Shown in pieces: positions 1 through 12,300 of a stretch of DNA of 64,000 nt (positions are counted from its first letter, which is position 1; every line of letters starts with the position of its first letter). A program made the translations under genes and the position numbers. The stretch is from Balanoglossus misakiensis (Eukaryota; Animalia; Hemichordata), in contig CM082584.2 of the NCBI GenBank assembly GCA_040954595.2, forward strand, positions 9,195,061-9,259,060, in the 5' to 3' direction. The notes beneath the pieces are model-generated. The model saw only the letters and a program-made list of their open reading frames with translations. It had not been told where the DNA came from and ran no database searches.

Positions 1-376
1 TGCTATTCTGGTTCCGCTCAATGATTGCTTAAAAATAGTCTTGAAGGGAAAATGCCAACACTCACATGATTTTTATGAATATAAAGGGACATAAGCTGTA
101 ACTTTAACCTTTATTTCCAGTAGTTTTCTTTTGTGAATCAAGTGCAATTTAAAAGTTAATGTTATTTCTGGTAAAAAATAAAAAAGCAATCTATGTTTGG
201 TCAATGGTCGGTGTTAGAAATTGCAAGGTTATCTGGACATTTAAGTTTGCAGGTAAATTATTTACTACAGCAAAATTGAAGAAATATTCTCTGCGACAAA
301 ACTGCAAGACCACTTGCACATATGCATAGTTTCTGTAGGGATGGATACCTTTACACTGTTATCATTATCATTGTAG

Positions 377-3300
377 ATGGTTTTGCGATCAGCTCGACAT
401 AATTCCACCAAGGCAGTCTTCCTGATCACAGACGGCTATTCGAACAGCGGCGATCCCCGCCCTTATGCAGAGGCGCTCCGAAGACAAGGCGTTTCTGTTT
501 TCACGTTTGGAATTCACAACGGGAACGTAAACGAACTGCGTGACATGGCATCGGAACCAAAGGCTGAACACTGCTACATCCTCGACAGTTTTGAGGAATT
601 TGAAGCTCTTGCCCGCAGGGCATTACATGAAGGTAAACAGTCATTTGATCGTTAAAATTATTGTTTTTAATTTAAGCTCATTTAGACATGTGGGCGATTA
701 ATATCATTTGATCTCATTTCCATATTGTTGGCTTATCTTTGGATGAATATCTCCATGTTACATACCTGGTCATCCACATCACAAGTAAGCAAAAATTAAC
801 TAAGAACTCCAGGTGTTTCTGTAGTTACAAATAAAAAAAAATCCTGATTTTATAAATTATAACGTGACTTCTTTGTTTTGCATTTCAGATTTAGGTGTGG
901 GTAGCCTGATTGAACAGGACCTCAGACACTGCTCATCTCTATGTTCAGCACAAGAGAGTTGCTGTGACTCAATTGCTAGATGTGTATGTGGCATCCGTAC
1001 AGGCCAGTATCAGTGCATGTGCTCTGCAGGGTATTATGGAAATGGTCTTCGTGGAAGCTGTCAACGTGAGTAGTAGAAATGGTTGTAAAGTGATGGTTGT
1101 GGTAGAAGTGTTCACTTCACTAGGCTGTCTGTGCCACAGCCCAAAGAAATGGTCAATACAGAAAATATGAATTGACGCTCACAGCAAATAAGGGGAAACT
1201 CATCAACGGACTTATATTCCCATTAAGACAAAAGGTTAATTGATGTCTCTGTTCAACAAAATGAAACACTGTCATTAAACTACTATTTCACAAATCCTGT
1301 AAGCATGCAATACTTTTTTTGCTCCATTACGTTCTGGTATGTTGGCAATTGAATGATGCCCTGAGTTCTTTTTCTACAGCTTGTCCATCTGGAACATACA
1401 AACCAACAGCGTCTGTTGGAGGGATAACTACATGCCTGACATGTCCGGACAGTAACCACATAAGCCCACCAGCCAGCACCTCATTACACCAGTGTGTATG
1501 CAAGGATGGTTTCAGCAAGATAGATAGTGATACCAGGTGTAAAGGTATATCTTTGATACATAGGTATCGAACCAAATACTTTGCAGGGACCAGCTCCTGC
1601 CTGGCTACCCTTCAGCCAAGGTGGATAAAAAAAGATAGAAGCCACTTAAACTCATAAAATTCATACGTGACCAACATTGTCTAACACGATTCATATTTAC
1701 CTCCATTTTGAAGAATTGAGAAAAGAACTGTTAACTAAATGCCCAATAAGGGTGCAACTTTCACTGTGTACTTTTATTTCCTAGAGATTGCCTGTGAAAG
1801 TCTAATACCACCAGAACAGGGTTATTTCGTTGGTGGTTCGTGCAGCAACACTTTCAATTCAGCCTGTGGAATACGTTGTCAGGCTGGCTATGAAATGAGA
1901 GGTAGTAGTATCAGACTTTGCGAGGAAGATGGCACGTGGTCGGGTGAAGAACCTTATTGTCGGCGTAAGTCTTGGCTGTTTCTTTGATTCTGCAATTTGA
2001 CAATTATTTGAAGAGGAAAGCAGGTGAATTTGCCCATTCAGGAAAGAGCTATTTTGCTATTAAACATTATCCCTACTTTACTTAATTTCATCCAGCCTGA
2101 AAATTTTTTAAATCCTATCAATTTACAGTAAAGTCGATTCAAAAGTCTAGTGTCTGATATCATCCGTATTTTTCTTTTGTCAGTCAAGTTGTGTATGCCG
2201 TTAGATGCCCCAAAGTTTGGACAAGTAAGATGTGACAGAAGAGACTATGCATTTCGAACAACATGCACGTCTTCATGCTGGTCAGGTTATCAGCTGATTG
2301 GTACAAGGAGACGAGAATGTCTTGCGATTGGAGAATGGAGTGGGCTACCTGCTGCATGTAGAGGTAGGGTTGAATACAAAACGAGCATTTCTTGTTGTAT
2401 AGTATCAAGGTTTTTTTGGAAGTGAATGTATGGAAGAACAAGGACTGCAGGGACTGTCAGTTTGCTGTTATCAGGATGTTATTGTTTGACGCATATCAGA
2501 AGTATGAAAGATAGTTTGGTGCACGAAAAGTAAATTCATCAAGACTATCATGACAGGTCGGAACAACTGGTACCACCACATACAATACTACTGATTCAAG
2601 ATGAACCTTCCTTGCTTTCGTAAAGATATATTTCTTTGTCTGGTAGACCAAATTTGCTGCCTTTATGATTAAATTACTCGACAAGATTTGACATTCTTCA
2701 TCTCAGATTCAATGTGACTTCATCTGATGCACAGTTCCTGCATTGATTGAAATATTGTTCATCAACAATTCACAGAAATAACATGCCAAGCTTTACCAGA
2801 GGTTGAAAATGGAGAGATAGATCCACCCCATTGCACGTCTAGGAAGGCAACAGTCCAGCAAGTGTGTCTAATATCGTGTAAACGTGGTTACAAAAGGAGT
2901 GGGCCAAGAAAATACCAATGCCAGATTGATGGTCAGTGGACAGATTCAAAGAGGGAAACAGAATGCATTGGTAAATAACTTATAAACTTGAATTTAGTGA
3001 CAATTATTGGAAATAATGCCACATTAATGAAAATAAGATGGTATAATTTATGTGTAATGGATTTTTCATTTGTTTTTCTATTCGGACAGATGTTGAGCCA
3101 CCTGATGTGACTTGTCCAATGTATCTGGTCACTGAAACTGATTTGAACAGCAATGTTGCAGAAGTGGATTGGAAGGTACCTCAAGGGGAGGATAACTCAG
3201 ACGATCCAGTGGCAATTACTGTTGTACCAGCAGTCACACCCCCTCACAGATTTCCAATCGGTGTTCACAATGTTTCATATACGGCAGTAGATAAGTCTGG

Positions 3301-6300
3301 GAACAGGGGCCATTGCTCATTCCTGGTTATTGTCCGAGGTAAGAATCTGGCTATAATCAAAGGAGGTACAATTATTGAAATTTGCTTATAGATATGGACA
3401 TACTGACATATTAAGTTTTTAGCAGTCAAGTCTCACATTCACCATCCTGTCCATCTCTATTTTCTGTAGATGAGGAACCACCTGTTATAGATCGATGTCG
3501 ATCACCACCACCTATACTGTCACCAGAACCAATGACATTCGTTGATTGGGAACAGCCAACGTTTTCTGATAACTCAAACGAACCAGTCACAGTCGATCAG
3601 ACACACCATCCGGGTCTCTTCACGTGGGGTACAACAGTGGTAGAATACAAGGCATCAGATTCATCGGGTAATTCAAGGACATGTCGCATTGTCATACAGG
3701 TCCAAGGTGATTATGTTTCCCATACTCATTACACATATGTACACCAGTGCATCTTTAAACGCCAATTTCAAAATCAATGTATAATCGCACACTTCAAGAA
3801 TGTCTTCACAACAAATGATTACATTACAAACCATCCAGAACCTCTTCAAACTTGTGTTAGTTGGTGATAAACGCAAATCGAAAAATCATTATAGTGTACC
3901 ACATTTCAAGCATTTTCACAACGTGTGATAAGAGGTACTTATTTTCTTAATCCATCTGGGGCCTCTTCAACTTGTGTTGGTGGGCGATAAAGGCACAGTA
4001 AACAGGAAAGACATAACTCATAAACGAGAGAGAAACTCCACATGAAAACAGATTCAGAGTAACAGCAGATGTGATATTATTGCTATTAAGGATGCAGCCC
4101 ACAATGATTTTGTTATTAGGCAGATAAGTTTATCAATGGGAACGGAAACACACATGGCAAATTAATCATAACATATTTAGTTCATCACCTTGTTTATCAT
4201 TTCATATATGAGAAGTGTTTCTGGTAAGTGTTAGAAGGTGTGAAAGTACCACTTTTTTTACATATCACTCAATGTTTCAAGTACTGACAGAAGGTCCACG
4301 CAGCTAACTTATGTATAATATGATCTTGGTAAAATGTATTATTATCATTTATCAGTGAAATCCTTTTCCACATCGTTTCATTTTATCAAGAGAGTCTGTG
4401 CGAGATACCGCAGGAACCACTTCATGGAAACACCGTCTGTTCACCAGCTGACAGCGGAATTAGCTGTTCCCTAGAATGTAATGACGGGTATGGTTTCGCG
4501 ATCACTCCAAATAATGGCTACTACTGTGATTCCGATGGGTCCTGGTATCCGCCTCAAAATGACTCACCATGGCCAGATTGTTCAGGTAATGAAACATCGG
4601 AAACGCTTGAAACTGCCAAATTGCGGCCAAATACCAGTGGTGCACTGTTTGCCATATTAGGCTTCATATTTGTTTTAGCATTTGCATAATTATCATATGG
4701 GCAAATAGTTATCACATGAAGGTTAATTCCTTGTACCTGGTAAAAATCATGGTACATCTTGCAACTTGGCTCTAAGTCTGTAATTTGCAATCCTTTTTTG
4801 TATTGCTTCACTTCAGGAGAACGCACTGCAAGCAACGCTGTAAATGCACTAACAGTCACTTACCGAACAGTTACAAGACACTGCAATGTGACCTTTCTGG
4901 ACAAAATTTCAGACGTTTTCAGACAACAAATAGTTCAGGAGGTATTTAGATTTCTTTATTGACATCATGTTATTGCCCTGAATTTATTGAAGGTTCTTTT
5001 TCAATAATTCTCATTAACAAATCAATTACTTCAAATCTATTGGTACACTTAGCCATCACTCTACCGGAAATTTATTAGTTAACGCTTTGGCACTTTTTGC
5101 TCATTTCATAGCACCCAAAATTTCTTTCCTTGGAGTGCCTTTACATTTGTTATTTGTTTTTGTGATTTAGATCAGCACTGCCTGCACCAATGGAGTTGTA
5201 TGCGAACTAGAAAATGTCACTGCCCACTGCAAGGAAAGTGGTAAGTGGATGAATTGCAGTTAGTCAATTACTGACAGGCACGACTTTCCAGTAACATGCC
5301 TTTATGATTTGTAAGTGATTTGTGATGAAGGATGATTATTATTAGCTTATTGTTAGAATTCCTGCGGCAAACATTAGTTGTTACAATGTGAAGAACACAT
5401 CATTTGTCATATTATTTGTCATTATTGATTTTATAGAAGAAACAATCGATGCCAATGAACTTTTAAAGGAAGTTGACAATAATCTGATTAAAAGAAAGAG
5501 AGACTTAAGGAGAGGAGATGTCAATCCCGAAGATGATGAAGATGAGGATCTTAAGATAAATCACAGGAGAGGAGATGTTGGTCCTCCTGAAGATATCAAG
5601 GAAGCAGATCACAAGAAAAACTCAAGGAGGGGTGATGTTGATGAAGACAACACCGAAAGTATTTTGGTTGATGTAGTCGTAAGGGGTAAGTACTTGTTAC
5701 AATGTTATTCATGAAATATGACCATGCATGGATGAGGTGCTCTATGAGATTGCTATTGTTCCTTAATACCTTTGAATTAGTATACTGAAAAAGGTTACAG
5801 TTTAAAATTAGGACTATTAAATAAAGTGTCACAAAAAAGCAGTTTCCTGAGATAAGACTAACTTATTTAAATTATATTACCAGGCAAAGTTGATCTGACA
5901 GAGTCACAAAATGTGATAGAAGATGAAGAGAGACAACGTGTCTTACTGGACGAACTTCAAAAAATACCTGTGGTTTTGAAAAACGAAGCGACAGCAGGAA
6001 ATTTAGATATTTACCTAGAACAGGTTAATATGACAACGAAGGAAAATGATGTCAGAACCACCAAGACCGAACCTGTTTGTTTGCCTGGCACTGTCTTACA
6101 GGGCAGCAAGTGTGGTAGGTATAGCACTATTCAATGTAACAATGTACAAGAGTTTGATTCTTTCAATTTGACTGATTGGTTGACTGAGTTTAAGTGAATG
6201 ATTAAAACACACCACATAGTGATAATATCATTCTAGGCACCGTCCCTTTAAGTTTAATATTTCAACAGCTTGCGAATTGGCCATGTTGCACTAAAGTGAC

Positions 6301-9300
6301 TTATATCAAAACAATTTAACTCAGCGTCTCTTGGCATTTCAGTTAACTGTGCTGTAGGTACCTTCTACAACGCCACTTTGAATACATGCCAGGAATGTCC
6401 AGTTGGTACATTCCAGGATGAAGAAGCTTCACTCTCCTGCAAGCCGTGCCCTCCTGATACAAGCACTGAACACTCCAGATCTAAATCACACGATCTCTGC
6501 TATTGTAAGTTCTTTAAAGCATGAGTTACTCCAGCTTTCACAGATCAAATGTATGGGATCTTTTAACTTCACACCTCAGCAAACACAATCTTCAAGTAAA
6601 CCTAAATTGGCAATTCAACTGGCAAATGCATTCCAATCTGAAGTGACTTTTGACAGCAATTTTCTCTCACAGTATAATGTTGTACCCTTACAGCTTTCTG
6701 CAACCCTGGCACATTTTCTTCCACTGGCTTGGAACAGTGTGAAGGCTGTGAGTTGGGGTACTACCAACCCAGCAGAGGTAGCAAAATCTGCCTATCCTGT
6801 CCACATGGTACCACTACAGCAAAGACTGCCACAACAATGCAGGAAGAATGCAAAGGTGATACTTTATTTTTAAATCAAGAAAGACGTCATTTTAACATCC
6901 CATTTGTTTGAGAATCAAGCCCCTAGTGGCCACAAATGCGGTGGTTAACTTTTTCATAATTTTCAATTGTCGTGGTAAGTGCCTTAATTTCCGAAATTTT
7001 CATTGTAGCTTCATTTTGTTTTTTTTTGTTTTTCCTGTACTACAGAGCCCTGTGGATCTGGATATGTGTCTGTTACTGGAGTTGCACCTTGCTATCCCTG
7101 CCCAAGAGGTTATTACCAGCCCAGCACTGGCCAAGTGGTCTGTTTCCAATGCCCTGACTATGCTGACACAGACACAATTGGTGCATCATCACAAGCCCAG
7201 TGTGAAGGCAAGTAACTGGCACACTTTATACAGATTACAATGTGTATTAATTTTATGGCAACTATGTTTATGGTTGTCTTTAATCGCCAATAAAAATAAT
7301 ACTAATTTATGCTTGTTCTCAGGGGTCGACGAAATTGATAATAAAATCCATGGGGTACCTCTTGAGTATAATGACTGTTTCACTCAACCGTGTCAAAATG
7401 ATGGTGACTGCCGCCCATTATCTGCTGGTTATCTCTGCAAATGTCTGCCTGGTTATACAGGTAAGTATTGTTTGGTTCAACAATTTTGACCAAACCACTT
7501 AATGCATCTGTCAGTCACACACAGTAAATGTGCCATTCAGATATATCCGGTATATCTTCACTGTTATTAGCAGTTTCAGACTATTTAAGACAAATTTACC
7601 GACAAAATGTGTGTCTCTCCAATAGGTGTTCACTGTGAAACTGAGACTGACGAGTGTGAAAGCAACCCTTGTCTCAACAATGCAACATGTATTGATCAGG
7701 TCAATAGTTTCCTTTGTAATTGTCCTCCTGGATTTTCTGGTAAGATGCAAATATTATGTCGCCTTGATTCAATCATTCATGTTGAACAGTGATCACATTA
7801 TTAACCACTACGTCAAACTTAATTTTGCACCCTTCAACTTTGTAGTATGTAATTTAGATGGTGCTATTCATTTTAGACAAAGTTACTTATATACTTGATA
7901 CATTTTACTTTGATAGAAAATGTACTCTACTCATTAAAAGAATTTTGAAATTATTCCCCAGGTGCAACTTGTGAAGAAAATGTTGACGAGTGTCGCTCAT
8001 CGCCGTGCCAACATGGTGGAACATGCATAGATGACATAAATGCATACCAGTGCATTTGTATCTTTGGATTCAGAGGTTTGTAATCATCATCACGCATTAC
8101 AATTGAAACTGAAATCAACAGGATTTTTCTTTCTTGAAACGTTTCACATTTCTTTCACACTTCAGGTTTCCAGAGAAGTGCTTTGCTCATATGGCTGGCA
8201 CTCTTATAAATTTCACTATTATAAAGTTGGACCCCAGACAAGGAAATGGGGGCGAAAGGGTTTAACTACTTTACTTCCTCTACAGGTACAAGTTGTGAAT
8301 TTGAAAAGGATGAGTGTGAATCCAACCCATGCCAGAATGGTATATGCCTGGACAAGATTGGTCAGTATGAATGCGACTGCATACATGGCTACTCTGGCAG
8401 AAATTGTGAAATCAACACTGACGAATGTGCCAGCGACCCATGTCAGAATAATGCATTTTGCAAGGATCAGGTCGATGGATTCAGGTAATGCATCAAAACA
8501 GATCACAGTAAATCTTTTTGTAACTCATGCACATTTATCAGACATGTTATGAAGAAACTGTACATTTCACTGAAGTGATGAATGATGATATGTTGTTGTT
8601 TCATAGCTGTGAATGTATCAAGGGATATGAGGGAGAATACTGTGAAGTGGACATCAACGAGTGTGCGTCATCCCCATGTTATGGAGCGGCCATGTGCCTT
8701 GATTTAGTGGGCGTCTATGATTGTGTCTGCCCGCCTGCATTTTCTGGACTACACTGTGAAAATGGTGAGTGTTTTAATGTAACGATCATCCAATGGCAAC
8801 GCCCATTTTTTTTAAGGTTTCACTGATATAATGAAAAGAAAACTTGTGCAGAAGGTCTGCTGATACATTTGAGGAATCGTCAGAGATGCTATGCTGTGCA
8901 TGGGATCAAATAAGCGTTGTTTTATCTGCTCTTTTTCAGAACTACCATCCAACTTCAGCATGGTGTTTGAGTTTTCTGGCACTGTCGACTTTGTTGAGAT
9001 GAACAGCATGCCAAACATGACTGAATTCACCATATCCTTCTGGATGAAAACTGCTGACCGTGACAACTATGGTACAGTGCTCTCCTATGCAGTCAATGAC
9101 CACAGTGATAATACTCTAGTCATTACTGATTATAGTGGGTGAGTGATCACTTGTGAGATTACAATATAGAAAATAATTGGTTTGGACTGAACCATGGTGG
9201 TGAAAGGATTAGAATAATTCATGAAACCTGTTTGATTTTGTTTTGATAAGAGAAGCTAAGTAGATTCTTCTAATACCTAATCTGATGAATTTATTTTTAT

Positions 9301-12300
9301 CATAACAGTTTTGTTCTGTATGTGAATGGAGACAGCAGAGTAACAGATGCAACGGCAAAGGACAATTTATGGCATCACATTGCGGCTACCTGGACTTCTG
9401 AAGCAGGGAAGTGGTCCATCTATAAGGATGGTCGGCTGATAGTTTCAGGGGAAGGTCTAGCTAATAATGATATTATTCCAGGTAATTCAATTTATTTCTA
9501 TGGTTGAAAGGTATTTACAATTGGAAAGCAAATGAATGCCAGGCTAACTTATGTTTACTTTATCAACTTAATCTGTGGATGGAGTACACAGATTAAGTAA
9601 TAAGCTGGTGGTGATAGTTTGTATTCTGGATAAGCAACTGATAAGACAGGACAACTTAATCTGTTTATGAGTTACACAGATTAAGTAATTAGCAGGTCCT
9701 GATGAGAATATATATATATTATTTTATTGACTCTTTTATTTCTTTATGCAGGTGGTGGAGTATTAATCCTGGGGCAAGAACAAGATGCCTATGGTGGAGG
9801 ATTCTCTGCTCCACAATCATTTGTTGGTGAATTGTCACTGCTCAATATCTGGGATAGGGTACTGAGTGGGCAGGAAGTGTTGGATGTGATGTACTCCTGC
9901 CAGGATTATCATGGTACCGTCAAAGCTTGGCCTGATTTCCTTGCTGGGATTCAAGGAAGAGTGTACACTAAATCCAATGATTTCTGTCAAGGTAAATGAG
10001 ATGCAAAATCTGGAAAGACCCATTCAAATGGCCCCAGCCAAAATAGTTTATTCATACACAAATGGACTGAGATTATATAAAGATCACGTTCGTGTGAAAA
10101 TTCATGATTCACATTATCCTTGTTTGTATATAATTTGCACACCTCAGTTCTGTTGTAAAAGGAATCAGATTTCGTGAAGGATTGATGATGATGATGACAA
10201 TTACAGTGACCATTCTCATTATCTGTCACTAACAGGTTGCCAGTTTCCAGAATTCTCATCTAATGGGAAATTTACAGGGGGAACTCCGGGCCTCCATGCT
10301 GCTCCGAGCACAGAAATTAATTACCAATGTGATCCAGGGTTCGACCTGATTGGTGCATTCTCCAGCACTTGTCAGATACATGGTAGATGGCTGCCTGACG
10401 AAACATCATGTGTTGGTGAGATAAGTTTAAAATCTCAAAATATTCACACTGAAATTTCGAGAATGAAACTCTTTTATTATGTTCTTTTAAATCCCAGTTT
10501 CAATACTTTACAATTTGATCTTTCCTCAATAGTGAAAACGTGTGGCTTCCCGGGGACCCTTCCAAATGGTCAGAAAATCGGTTCAAGTTACACCTATGGT
10601 GATCTAGTGTCATGGAAATGTGATGCTGGCTTTACCTTAGTTGGAAATGCTGAAATCACCTGCACAATAGATGGAAGATGGTCAGGAACAAGACCAGTTT
10701 GTGAAGGTTTGTTTCTCTTGATTTTGTGTTGACATCAGACGGATGACAGGCAACGACAGACAATCACCCTATCTGATAAGCTCCGGGTTGCCAACAGTGG
10801 AGCTAAAACGTCTTTCAGTTTTAGATCATCACAATTTTAAACTGGTACCCTTTTATTTCAACTTACAGTTATCCAATGTGGTGACTTGCCTCAAGTGTCC
10901 CACGCAACAGTGACAACTGGTACAGTGTCAAGGGCACATGGAGCTAGGGTTATCTACAACTGTGATGATGGGTATGAACTTGACGGAAACGCTATTGTTC
11001 GATGTGAACTGAACGGCCGATGGAGTGAAATACCCAGCTGTGAGCCAGTGGATTGTGGCCCTCCACAAAGAGTAGATCACAGTGTTGCATCTGCAAGTGC
11101 ATACACCTATAGAATGTCCATTACATACACATGCGACAAGGGGTACGAGATGCGTGGCGTTCCAGAACGAACGTGCGAATCTGACGGGAGGTGGAGTGGT
11201 AGTCCACCTGTTTGCGAGACTGTTGGTTGTGGTCTGCCCCACAGTGTGCAACATGGAGATGTGTCTTCTAATGATCATATGTATCAAAGTGTTGCCGAAT
11301 ACTGGTGTGATGATGGATACATCTTGAAAGGCAGCAAGACAGCAGAATGCACAGAAAATGGAAATTGGACAACTGCACCAATCTGTGAGGAAGTCAACTG
11401 TGGTGTGCTAGGCAATCCTGCAAATGGTCAAGTCAGCGTTATCGGACTAACGTTAGGTCATGAGGCCCTTTATGACTGCTATTATGGATACAATCTTATA
11501 GGCATTCCAGTTAGAACGTGTAGTACTGATGGGTTGTGGAGTGGCGAAGAGCCAAGATGTGAGCCAGCTCGTTGTGGCCAACCAAACAGCATCCCTAATG
11601 GCAAACACAGAGGTTCTGTGTATCACTATGGTAGTACTGTAGCATTTACATGTGATACTGGCTACAACTTGGTTGGAAATGCAAGTGCTACTTGTCAGGC
11701 GAACAGCGAGTGGACTGGGTTCCCCTCGTGCAACCATGTGGACTGTGGACAACCAGATCCTGTCCAAAACGCTGAGGTAAATATGACGGGTCACACCTAT
11801 GGTCATCTTGCTTTCTACCACTGCCATGTTGGGTCGCAACTCTCGGGGTTGCCAAGCCGAATATGTCAGGAAGATGGCCAATGGAGTCACGATCCTCCAG
11901 AATGTGTACCAATCAGCTGTGGGCAACCACCAGATGTGGCTCACGGTGATAAGACTGGACGCAGTTACATCTACCCCAGTATTGTTACATACACCTGCGA
12001 CAGAGGATTTGATCTTATAGGAAGCAGTGAGATTGCCTGCCAGCTAGATGCTCAATGGACATCCTCCCCAGTCTGTGAACCTCTTGACTGTGGATTGCCT
12101 CCAAGTGTCGAACACGCAACGATGCTGGGTGAAAGCACAAAGTTCGATAGCCATCTTTACTACACCTGCGAGGAGGGCTTTGATAGTACAGATAATATGC
12201 TTGTCCAATGCCGAGACACTGGGAGGTGGAGCGCTGAACCAACATGCTTGCCTGTCAGATGTGGTCCACCATGGACAGTTTCTAATAGCGTTTCGATAAA

